Of a stretch of 64,000 nucleotides of DNA, positions 1 to 7,887 are shown piece by piece. The notes under the pieces were generated by a model. The model saw only the letters and a program-made list of their open reading frames with translations. It was not told the origin of the DNA and did no database searches. The stretch is from positions 3,616,001-3,680,000 of the forward strand of contig CBDETY010000003.1 in the NCBI GenBank assembly GCA_965243025.1. The letters are read 5' to 3'. The position numbers and the translations under genes were made by a program. Every line of letters begins with the position of its first letter. The stretch's first letter is position 1. The stretch is from Candidatus Latescibacterota bacterium (lineage in GTDB: Bacteria > Latescibacterota > UBA2968 > UBA8231).

Positions 1-80
1 GCCGCGGCGTACAGGGGCGCTGCCGGCAGGAATGCGGCAAGGGCAGCCGCGCCGAAGACCAGCCCCTTTCTACCCTTCAT
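1..80 (-). CDS. 5' end of a secreted protein running off the left edge (possibly a TonB-dependent receptor; only the signal peptide is visible)
   Basis: Manual translation from ATG at 80 gives MKGRKGLVFGAAALAAFLPAAPLYAA, a Sec-type signal peptide. GAGGA lies 8 nt upstream and the start overlaps the end of the previous gene. Confidence 0.6.
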   Translation of the reverse strand, partial: MKGRKGLVFGAAALAAFLPAAPLYAA

Positions 81-585
81 CGTCGTGATCCTCGTCGGCG
101 TGGGAGTCCTCGGAACCCGGGCCCCCTTCTTCGACGTGGATCTCGATATCCTTCGAGACGAAATCGGCGTGGTCGTTGTGGTTCAGCTTGACCACCAGGG
201 TGGTCTGCCCTTCTTCCAGGCCTACGATGTGGAAGGACCAGTGGCCGTCTTCCTCGTGGTGGTCGACTTCGGCGATGCTCTCGTCGCCGATTTCCCAGTC
301 AAGGCCATATCCTTCGTCGGGGTCCGGGACGAACCGGTCGCCGTCCTCGGCGAGGAAGCGCACGGTCAGCAGGGGTGTTTCCAGGCCGTGCCCGACTTCG
401 ATTTCCCCCTCTACCTTGCCGCTTTCCTGGCGGACGAGCTCCTCGCCGCTGCTGAGTATGACCAGGCCGAACGCCTCGGCGTGGTCATCCCACTCATGGA
501 CGTCTACGGGGTTGTCGTCGTCGCCGCAGCCTGCCAAAAGCAGTAATGCGAGAAGGGATGATGCGGTTGAGATGATCCTGAGCAT
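70..585 (-). CDS. His/Asp/Glu-rich lipoprotein, putative metal-binding
   Basis: ATG at 585 with GGAGA RBS; lipobox LLLAGC; His/acidic motifs HEWDDHAE, DHHEEDGH, HNDHADF and SHADEDHDD. Confidence 0.8.
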   Translation of the reverse strand: MLRIISTASSLLALLLLAGCGDDDNPVDVHEWDDHAEAFGLVILSSGEELVRQESGKVEGEIEVGHGLETPLLTVRFLAEDGDRFVPDPDEGYGLDWEIGDESIAEVDHHEEDGHWSFHIVGLEEGQTTLVVKLNHNDHADFVSKDIEIHVEEGGPGSEDSHADEDHDDEG

Positions 586-816
586 GGTACGGTTCTCCGG
601 GTAGTGCCCCTGTGCGCAAGAGTCGGGCCCAGGGAACGATGTGGTGGATGTGAACCGGGCGGGGAAGGCTGAGGGCAAGGAGCCCTCCAGCCTGCTCCGA
701 CCGGAGCCGGGAGAACGCATCCGCACGCACCGATCCGGGTTGCCCGCCGAAGCGACGAGCCGAGAGCAAAGGCTCCCGGGACGGCGGGAAGGACTGCGTG
801 AAGCGGGTGCGGATGC
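586..816 (-). promoter_or_regulatory. Structured spacer with putative anti-Shine-Dalgarno (candidate translational attenuator)
   Basis: Perfect 10 bp inverted repeat 717-726/807-816; inner stem 743-749/782-788; hairpin 667-692; 710-716 is complementary to 592-598, which covers the RBS. Confidence 0.5.
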
Positions 817-1182
817 TCAGGTGCGGGGTGGGGCGCGGTTTGCGAAGGAGTAGCCGCGGAAGAAAAGCGGCAGAGGGACGGACCAGAGAGTCCTCTTGCG
901 GTCGCGGGAGCCGGGGCTCACAAAAAGGAGCGGAAGGACGACGACCACGAGCAGCACAAGGCTGCTCTCGATCATGCAGACCGGGCAGTTCTCCGGCTCG
1001 GCTTCCCCGTGCTCGTGAAACAGCTCGTGACCGAAGGGAAGCGCCAGGAAGAGTCCGATCAGCAGGGCTCCGAAGCAGAGCACCGCCAGATTCGCGGACC
1101 CCCGGCGGTCTCTTCGGACCTGGTTGGCGGAGAATACGAAAGGGAAAGCTCTGCAATCCATGCTGTTGCGGTCGTGTTTCAC
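817..1182 (-). CDS. DUF2946/CruR-like leader protein with CxxC and C-terminal RAPP motif
   Basis: Hydrophobic segment, HELFHEH, CPVC, second hydrophobic/Pro-rich segment, ends NRAPPRT*. GTG at 1182 overlaps the WD40 stop; alternative ATG at 1161. Confidence 0.75.
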   Translation of the reverse strand: MKHDRNSMDCRAFPFVFSANQVRRDRRGSANLAVLCFGALLIGLFLALPFGHELFHEHGEAEPENCPVCMIESSLVLLVVVVLPLLFVSPGSRDRKRTLWSVPLPLFFRGYSFANRAPPRT

Positions 1183-2225
1183 CTGTTGCTCACTCGCCAG
1201 ACCGTCGCGCCGCCCCGGGCGTCGAGGGCGGCAAGCAGGCGTCCATCCGGTCGCCAGTACAAGCCGCCGACAACATCTGCCACAAGCGCAGCTCCTGTCG
1301 GATCGCCCTGTCCATCGCGCCTGAGCGACCACACGACTACGCCGCCATCCCGGGCTCCCGAGGCCAGGCGCATCCCGCCGCGTGCGAAGGCGAGCGTTGT
1401 AACAGGTTGATCGTGAAGTTCCAGAACGCCGGGCCGCGTGCCTTCGGGACCCCTTCCCTGGAAGCTCCAGACCGTCACCGCCTCGCCTCCGCCGGTGGCC
1501 AGAAGGGTGCCGGTGTCATCGAAGGCCAGGGCCGACGGCTTGGCGGGATATCCCGACATCATCGAGTCCTGCTCCGTGGAGCGGCGCCAGAAGTGCACGG
1601 AGTTGTCCTGGCTGCCGCAGGCCACGATATCCCCGTCCGGACTCAGAACCATCGATACCAGGGATCCCTGCCACTCCAGCTTCTGGCGAGGCTCGCCAGT
1701 GGACGCGTCGAAGAACGTCACCCGACCGTAACAGGCCGTCGCCAGCTCCCCTGCGCCGGACCAGGCGATCGCGCTGACGGTGCTGGGATGATCGTCAGAT
1801 CGCCAGATTTCCACTCCATCCGCACCATACGCGCGAACCTGCCGGGCGCAGGAGGCTGCCAGCCATCGGCCGTCCGGCGACCACGCCACGTTTTCCACCC
1901 AACCGCTTCCGGCGTCGATAGCCTGGCTGACCTGACCCTCGGCGGCACTCCAGATCAGGACTCGCCCGTCCTGGCCGGCCGTGGCGAACGCGGTTCCGCC
2001 CGGGTGGATCGCCGCCGCGAGCACACCGCCTTCATGAACCTCCCGCCGTTCCCAGGCGGTCGCGCCGGACTTGCCGTCGAACGCGTAGACGCCACCGGCG
2101 GCGTCACCGACCATCAGCGCCTCACCGCGCAGGCTCCAACCGCCGGCGATGGCGTAGTCGCCGACCTCGGCGGACCAGCCCCGGCGAAGAACGCCCCTCG
2201 GGCTGTCGACATTCAAACCAGACAT
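1179..2225 (-). CDS. WD40-repeat beta-propeller protein
   Basis: Repeated blades such as AIHPGGTAFATAGQDGRVLIW, AWSPDGRWLA, LSPDGDIVACGSQDNSVHFW; overlaps the upstream COG0523 gene. Confidence 0.9.
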   Translation of the reverse strand: MSGLNVDSPRGVLRRGWSAEVGDYAIAGGWSLRGEALMVGDAAGGVYAFDGKSGATAWERREVHEGGVLAAAIHPGGTAFATAGQDGRVLIWSAAEGQVSQAIDAGSGWVENVAWSPDGRWLAASCARQVRAYGADGVEIWRSDDHPSTVSAIAWSGAGELATACYGRVTFFDASTGEPRQKLEWQGSLVSMVLSPDGDIVACGSQDNSVHFWRRSTEQDSMMSGYPAKPSALAFDDTGTLLATGGGEAVTVWSFQGRGPEGTRPGVLELHDQPVTTLAFARGGMRLASGARDGGVVVWSLRRDGQGDPTGAALVADVVGGLYWRPDGRLLAALDARGGATVWRVSNR

Positions 2226-3559
2226 GCCTCGAATCTCAGCCGCATGCCCTGCTCATCGAGGTTGCGGCCGATGAAGACGAGCTGATTGCGGCGGGGCGCG
2301 TCCCCCCATGGACGGTCCGGTTGTCCGTCGAAGAGCATGTGAACCCCCTGGAAGACGAAGCGGCGCGACTCGCCCGCGAGGCTGATGAAGCCCTTCATTC
2401 GGAAGATGTCCACCCCGCGTTCACGGAGCAGTTCGCCAAGCCACTCGTTCAGCCTGTCGGGATCGACGTCCCCCTCCCTCTCGATCGCGATCGAGCCCAC
2501 TTCGTCGTCGTGCTCGTGCTGGGCGACCCAGGTGCGCTCGACCTCCTGCCCGATTGCCGCTCCTTCCGCGTTCGTCAGTCGGAGATCGAATTCTTCGGCG
2601 GTGTGCTGGGCGTAAAGGCCGACCCGCACCTGCTCATCGACCTCCAGGAAGAACGACTTGCGCCCCGGGGAATCGAGCGGGAGGTTCACATGCTTTCCGA
2701 CGGGAATCTCTTCCCCCGGGCGAACGAGCTCCGCAGGTTCGGCGTACCGCCGCACGCACCACTCCGCACCCTCGCGGAGGGCAGCGTCATCCGTGCCCTG
2801 GCCGGGGACGACGACCAGCGACATCGCCGGATCAGGTCCATCGGCGAGGCTGAGCTCGCAGCGGCCGCTATCGAGCGAATAGACTCCGGTCCACTCGAAC
2901 GGGTATTCCGGCTCGAGGAAGGTGGGACGACGGTCGAGCGCCTGGTCCAGGTCGAAGGCGCCGAGGTTGAGTACCGTGTCGACGGAGACGTTCGCCCGCT
3001 CGCTGCGCACGACTTGCGCCATCCGGTTCATGTCCCGGAGCCGGGTTTCGAGCCTGTCGAGCGCCTCGCCGTCGACGAGGTCGGTCTTGTTGAGCACCAG
3101 GACGTCGGCGAAGGCGATCTGCTCGGTGCTTTCGTCGCTGCGGCCGAGCTGTTGCTCGATGTGGGCTGCATCGACGAGCGTGACGATCCCGTCGAGCGAG
3201 AACTCCGCGTGAATCTCGTCGTCCATGAAGAAGGTCTGAGCGACCGGACCGGGATCGGCGAGCCCCGTGGTCTCCACCAGCACGTAGTCGAACTTGTCGC
3301 GGCGCTTCATGAGATTGCCGAGCACGCGAATCAGGTCTCCGCGCACCGTGCAGCAGATGCAGCCGTTCGACATCTCGAAGATCTCTTCGTCAGCGTCGAT
3401 GACGAGCGCCTGATCGATGCCGACCTCCCCGTACTCGTTCTCGATCACGGCAATGCGCTTGCCGTGCTCCTCGCTCAGGATCCGGTTGAGCAGGGTCGTC
3501 TTGCCGGAGCCGAGGAAGCCGGTGAGGATGGAAACAGGAACTTTTCGCGGCGTATTCAT
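2213..3559 (-). CDS. COG0523 (CobW-like) G3E metallochaperone GTPase with central insertion
   Basis: GFLGSGKTT Walker A, GCICC metal motif, ETTG, NKTD, C-terminal R-x-KG...LVFIG. Confidence 0.95.
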   Translation of the reverse strand: MNTPRKVPVSILTGFLGSGKTTLLNRILSEEHGKRIAVIENEYGEVGIDQALVIDADEEIFEMSNGCICCTVRGDLIRVLGNLMKRRDKFDYVLVETTGLADPGPVAQTFFMDDEIHAEFSLDGIVTLVDAAHIEQQLGRSDESTEQIAFADVLVLNKTDLVDGEALDRLETRLRDMNRMAQVVRSERANVSVDTVLNLGAFDLDQALDRRPTFLEPEYPFEWTGVYSLDSGRCELSLADGPDPAMSLVVVPGQGTDDAALREGAEWCVRRYAEPAELVRPGEEIPVGKHVNLPLDSPGRKSFFLEVDEQVRVGLYAQHTAEEFDLRLTNAEGAAIGQEVERTWVAQHEHDDEVGSIAIEREGDVDPDRLNEWLGELLRERGVDIFRMKGFISLAGESRRFVFQGVHMLFDGQPDRPWGDAPRRNQLVFIGRNLDEQGMRLRFEACLV

Positions 3560-3868
3560 CTAGTTCTCCCGGGTGAATGGTGCGAAGGCGGCAGTCCGGA
3601 CGTCGAACCCCCACGCCTTGCATACCTGGACCAGGTCCCTGTGGTCAACGGCGTCCATGGGTTTGTGCAGCTTGTGCTGAAGCTGTGGCGCATCGGGCCG
3701 AAGCAGGCCAATCACGGTCTCGATGGGCGCACAGCCTTCTTCGAGACATGCCAGCTCGGTGACTGTAACCGTCGTGCCGTCGGGAAGGCTCAGCGCGGCC
3801 CGCAATGCCTCCTTGATTTGTCGAACCCGTTCGCGGTTCGGGCGACGCGGTGATGTGTTGATCAACAT
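3560..3868 (-). CDS. Small conserved hypothetical protein with ELACxxxGCxPxET motif
   Basis: ATG at 3868 with AGAGGGA RBS; ends immediately before the GTPase start. Confidence 0.7.
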   Translation of the reverse strand: MLINTSPRRPNRERVRQIKEALRAALSLPDGTTVTVTELACLEEGCAPIETVIGLLRPDAPQLQHKLHKPMDAVDHRDLVQVCKAWGFDVRTAAFAPFTREN

Positions 3869-3904
3869 GTTCCCTCTTGGGCGGCGGGGTTCGGTACGAG
3901 CCCA

Positions 3905-4043
3905 AGGACCGCGAGCATCAACACCCCGTTGGAGAGCGCGGTATACCGTGGCGGGACCGACACCCGTTCCGCTCAGGTGGCTCCACAGTTTCCTGGCGGA
4001 ACAGGGGGCCGTCCGCCTCGCCAAGGGCTCGCAAGACGGTCAT
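3905..4043 (-). pseudogene. Frameshifted, truncated Fur/Zur-family regulator remnant
   Basis: Removing one base near 4001 joins MTVLRALGEADGPL to SARKLWSHLSGTGVGPATVYRALQRGVDA. This aligns with the helix-turn-helix of the intact regulator at 12765 (GPLRPLE...GIATVYRQL). No C-terminal domain is visible. Confidence 0.65.
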
Positions 4044-4058
4044 CTGTGCATGAATTGC

Positions 4059-4086
4059 ATGATAATTGATTTTCAATTATCGTCAA
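4059..4086 (-). promoter_or_regulatory. Putative sigma70 promoter for the leftward operon
   Basis: Minus strand reads TTGACG-16 nt-TATCAT, overlapping the palindromic operator. Confidence 0.5.
4061..4081. promoter_or_regulatory. Fur/Zur-type operator, copy 1
   Basis: Perfect 9-3-9 palindrome GATAATTGA-TTT-TCAATTATC between divergent metal-homeostasis operons. Confidence 0.8.
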
Positions 4087-4157
4087 GGCTTGCTCTCAGC
4101 ACGGGAGTCTCGTCTCTGGGGCCTCAGGCCGGGACGCCAAATACCAAGCGAGGGTGA

Positions 4158-4559
4158 ATGCTGAAATCCAGGTCGCCAGCCCTGCAGCTCGGCGCCGACG
4201 TTGTGGGCGCCGTCGGATCGTCACTGTGCGCCCTGCACTGCGCCATCCTCCCCCTGAGCCTGGTGCTGGGCACCACCTTGCCTCTCACGCTGATGGGCGA
4301 GGAGATCTTCCATCTCGGCCTGCTGTGCCTGGTTCTCCCGGCCGGAATCGTGGCGTTCAGCCTGGGTTGCCGTGAGCACCGCGATGTCTGGGTGCTGGCC
4401 CTGGGGGCCATCGGCATGCTTGGGATCCTGCTGGCCGCCACGGTGTTGCACGATGTCCTCGGCGAGTCCGGTGAGCGCGCAGCGACGCTCGCGGCGGCCG
4501 TCGTCCTGATCTCCGCCCACGCCCGCAACTACCGCCTGTGCCGCGCAAAGCCGACTTGA
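4158..4559 (+). CDS. MerC-domain membrane protein
   Basis: N-terminal SSLCALHC, four hydrophobic segments, GCREH and AHARNYRLC. Confidence 0.8.
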   Translation: MLKSRSPALQLGADVVGAVGSSLCALHCAILPLSLVLGTTLPLTLMGEEIFHLGLLCLVLPAGIVAFSLGCREHRDVWVLALGAIGMLGILLAATVLHDVLGESGERAATLAAAVVLISAHARNYRLCRAKPT

Positions 4560-4577
4560 CTGCGGCCCGCCCGGGGG

Positions 4578-5309
4578 ATGAGCCGCATGAGCCGTAGATC
4601 TCTGCCGGTCGTGGCCTCCCTGTTGATGCTGACCGGCGTGACGGCAGCTCGACAACCCGCACACGTACACGGGATCGCAACCCTCAACCTGGCAATGGAA
4701 GGGGACGAACTCGAGATCGAGTTCGCGTCACCGGCCGGCAATATCGTCGGCTTCGAGCACGAAGCCGTCACCGCAGCCGAGCGTCGAGCGATCCGGGATG
4801 CGATCGAACAGCTGAGGAAGGGCAACGAGCTGTTCGACCTGCCGCCTGCGGCCAGCTGCAGTCTGCATGTCGTCGCAGTGGAGCACGGCCACGGAGAAGA
4901 AGAGAAGAGCGAAGATGGTCATGGACACGACGCTGAGCACGATCACCGCGACGAGCACGGACACGCTGAAGAGGAAGGGGACGGCACGCACATCCGACAT
5001 GAAGCCACACGGGTCGGCGGCGTCGAGGACGGGCATGCCGGCGAGGGGGGGGAGGGCGCCCACTCCGGAGACGAAGCCGGACACGATGACGGCGACGAGC
5101 ACGGACATGCCGGCGAGGATGGGGACACTCACTCCGAGTTCCATGCACGCTATCGCTGCGAGTGCAATGGATCAGCCATCGAGACGATCGGGGTTCGTCT
5201 CTTCGAGCACTGGCCGCGCATCGAGGAGATCCGTGTGCAGGCACTGACGCCGGCCGGCCAGTTCGGTGGCGTTGCCAAGGCAGATGACCCGGTGATCAGG
5301 CTGAGATAG
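4578..5309 (+). CDS. zrgA: DUF2796 / ZrgA-like periplasmic zinc-binding protein
   Basis: Signal peptide, AHVHG, SPAxNIVGFEH, long His/acidic loop, HSEFHARYRCEC. Confidence 0.85.
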   Translation: MSRMSRRSLPVVASLLMLTGVTAARQPAHVHGIATLNLAMEGDELEIEFASPAGNIVGFEHEAVTAAERRAIRDAIEQLRKGNELFDLPPAASCSLHVVAVEHGHGEEEKSEDGHGHDAEHDHRDEHGHAEEEGDGTHIRHEATRVGGVEDGHAGEGGEGAHSGDEAGHDDGDEHGHAGEDGDTHSEFHARYRCECNGSAIETIGVRLFEHWPRIEEIRVQALTPAGQFGGVAKADDPVIRLR

Positions 5310-5330
5310 CTGCGCGAGCCGACGCCCGAC

Positions 5331-6032
5331 GTGAACGAAGAGCTCATCGAGATCGAGGACCTGCGCTTCGGTTGGCCCGGCGCCGCGCCTCTGCTCGGTT
5401 GCGACCGCTTCCTCCTGCGACGAGGCGAACACCTGTATGTCCGCGGCCCTTCAGGCAGCGGCAAGTCGACGCTGTTGAACCTGTTGGCGGGAGTACTGAC
5501 GCCGGACTCGGGCCGCCTGTCGCTGATGCGCCAGGATACGGGCTCGCTGGCCGCGGCGGCTCGCGACCGGCTTCGCGCCGACCACATCGGGTTCATCTTC
5601 CAGCAATTCAACCTGGTCCCCTACCTCAACCTGGCCGAGAACGTCGTCCTGCCCTGCCACTTCTCCCGGCGCCGAGCCACGCGAGCGGCCGAGGCGCACG
5701 GTGGCGTGAAGGCTGCCGCGCGGTTGCTGCTGCAGCGCCTGTTCGTCGAGGAGGGACTGGATCCGGCGGCACCGGTATCGAGGCTCTCCGTCGGCCAGCA
5801 GCAGCGCGTGGCCGCGGCGCGGGCCCTGATTGGCGATCCCGAGATCGTGATCGCGGACGAACCGACCTCGGCACTCGACTTCGATGGGCGAGCACGCTTC
5901 ATCGAGCTGCTGTTCGAGCAGGTTCAGGCGTCGCGGGCGACGCTGGTCTTCGTCAGTCACGATCCAACCCTCGCGGCGTGCTTCGACCGTACAGTCGACA
6001 TGGACGACTTCCGAGCGGAGGCTCGCGCGTGA
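5331..6032 (+). CDS. ABC transporter ATP-binding protein (ZrgB-like, LolD/MacB type)
   Basis: GPSGSGKST, LSVGQQQRV, ADEPTSALD, VSHD. Confidence 0.92.
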   Translation: MNEELIEIEDLRFGWPGAAPLLGCDRFLLRRGEHLYVRGPSGSGKSTLLNLLAGVLTPDSGRLSLMRQDTGSLAAAARDRLRADHIGFIFQQFNLVPYLNLAENVVLPCHFSRRRATRAAEAHGGVKAAARLLLQRLFVEEGLDPAAPVSRLSVGQQQRVAAARALIGDPEIVIADEPTSALDFDGRARFIELLFEQVQASRATLVFVSHDPTLAACFDRTVDMDDFRAEARA

Positions 6033-7270
6033 ACGTGCCGCGTCTGGCCTGGAAGAGTCTGCTGAACCGGCGCGATACCGCGTCGCTGACCATCCTGACG
6101 ATCGCCGTCAGCGTGGCGCTGCTGCTCGGCGTCGAGAAGGTCCGATCCCACGCGCGCGTGAGCTTCGCCAACACCGTGTCCGGTACCGACCTGATCGTCG
6201 GCGCTCGCAGCGGTTCGGTGCAGCTGTTGCTCTACTCGGTGTTTCGCATCGGCAACGCCACCAGCAATGTCGCCTGGTCCAGCTATGCGGACATCTCGAC
6301 CTGGCCAGGGGTCCGCTGGGCCATCCCGATCTCGCTGGGCGATTCGCACCGCGGCTACCGCGTCATGGGCACGTCTACCGGCTACTTCGAGCACTTCCGC
6401 TACGCCGGCAAGCGTCGTCTCGGCTTTTCGGAGGGTGGGCCCTTCGCCGAGACGCTGGACGCCGTCCTCGGCGCGGAAGTGGCGCGCAAGCTCGGATACC
6501 GGCTGGGCGATGAACTGGTCGTGACCCACGGCATCGGGACAGAGGGCTTCGGCGACCACGACAACCACCCGTTCAAGGTCACCGGCATCCTGGCGCCGAC
6601 GGGCACGCCCGTGGACCGCACCGTTCACGTCGGCCTCGCGGGGATCGAAGCCATGCACAGGAACTGGAACCGCGTCGAGACCGATCTCCGGCGCCCTCGG
6701 GGCCAGGACCTGACCCCGCGCCAGATCACCGCCTTCCTGCTCGGCCTCGACAACCGACTCGCCGCCTTCAAGCTGCAGCGGGACATCAATCGGTATGGCG
6801 CCGAACCCTTGCTCGCCATCTTTCCGGGCGTGGCGCTGCAGGAACTCTGGGACCTGATGCGCGTTGGCGAACAGGCGCTGCGGGTCGTCTCGATCCTCGT
6901 CGCGGCCGCGGCGCTGGCGGGTCTGCTTGCGGTCTCCCTGGCCGGACTCAACGAACGCCGGCGCGAAATGGCGGTGCTGCGCTCGGTCGGCGCCGGCTAT
7001 CGCCACGTCATGGAGTTGCTCATCGCGGAGTCGGCGCTGTTGACACTGCTCGGTATCGCAATGGGAGTAGCGATGCAGAACCTGGCGCTGCGGGCCTTGC
7101 AGCCCTGGATCGTCGAGCGCTTCGGCCTGCTCCTGCCGGTCGGCTTGCCCACTGCGGGCGAATGGCGGCTGCTAGGCGGTCTGATGACCGCCGGCCTGCT
7201 CGCCGGCCTGGTGCCTGCCTGGCGCTGTTACCGGAACTCGCTCGCCGACGGACTGTCGACTCGTCTGTGA
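6029..7270 (+). CDS. FtsX/MacB-type ABC permease (ZrgC-like)
   Basis: GTG at 6029 overlaps the ATPase stop; GTDLIVGARSG, PISLGDSHRGYRV, ERRREMAVLRSVGA. Confidence 0.9.
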   Translation: MNVPRLAWKSLLNRRDTASLTILTIAVSVALLLGVEKVRSHARVSFANTVSGTDLIVGARSGSVQLLLYSVFRIGNATSNVAWSSYADISTWPGVRWAIPISLGDSHRGYRVMGTSTGYFEHFRYAGKRRLGFSEGGPFAETLDAVLGAEVARKLGYRLGDELVVTHGIGTEGFGDHDNHPFKVTGILAPTGTPVDRTVHVGLAGIEAMHRNWNRVETDLRRPRGQDLTPRQITAFLLGLDNRLAAFKLQRDINRYGAEPLLAIFPGVALQELWDLMRVGEQALRVVSILVAAAALAGLLAVSLAGLNERRREMAVLRSVGAGYRHVMELLIAESALLTLLGIAMGVAMQNLALRALQPWIVERFGLLLPVGLPTAGEWRLLGGLMTAGLLAGLVPAWRCYRNSLADGLSTRL

Positions 7271-7311
7271 GGGCGAGAGACTCTCAGTCGCAGATCAGGA
7301 GGACCACGCCC

Positions 7312-7857
7312 ATGTCTCGCCAACCATTGCTCATGTTGCTGCTCGTCACCAGCGCAGCCGCCGCGGACTCGCCGCGCGAGATCCTGTGGGACCAGCTCGT
7401 TCCCGAGGGCTGGAATCCCTACGCCCTGTTCGATGAACTCAGCGACGAGGAGTACGCCGCACTCAGCGACGAAGAGTACTTCGCGTTGCAGGAGAAAGCC
7501 CGGGAAATGCTCGACAAAGCACCCGTGGTAAAGGAGCTCGATGGCCAGACGGTCAGGATTCCGGGTTTCGTATTGCCCCTGGAATATAAGGGAACACGGA
7601 TCCGCGAATTCCTGTTGATGCCCTTTCTCGGTGCCTGTCTCCACACCCCGCCGCCGCCGGCCAACCAGATCATCCGCGGCAGCCTCGCGCAAGCCCATGA
7701 CCTGCGGGAGATGTGGCGCCCGGTCTGGATCTCCGGCCGCCTGAAGACGGGTCACGCTACCGGCAAGCTTGGTGAGGACGGTTACGACTCCATCACCAAT
7801 GTGAGTTTTGGCTACTCGATGGACGTCGAGTCGATCGAGCCCTACAGGCAGCGGTAG
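7312..7857 (+). CDS. DUF3299 (ZrgD-like) protein
   Basis: ATG 7312 with AGGAGG RBS; signal peptide; LDGQTVRIPGFVLPL; GACLHTPPPPANQI. Confidence 0.88.
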   Translation: MSRQPLLMLLLVTSAAAADSPREILWDQLVPEGWNPYALFDELSDEEYAALSDEEYFALQEKAREMLDKAPVVKELDGQTVRIPGFVLPLEYKGTRIREFLLMPFLGACLHTPPPPANQIIRGSLAQAHDLREMWRPVWISGRLKTGHATGKLGEDGYDSITNVSFGYSMDVESIEPYRQR

Positions 7858-7887
7858 CTCGGTGAGGGGTACCCCGGGAGCGAATCA

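Noticed and set aside
4158-4559. Mercury resistance operon
   Set aside because: No merA, merR, merT or merP; the MerC-like gene sits in a zinc-uptake context.
7437-7479. Short tandem duplication (LSDEEYAALSDEEY) in the DUF3299 gene
   Set aside because: Only two in-frame copies in a variable loop; no sign of a contingency locus.
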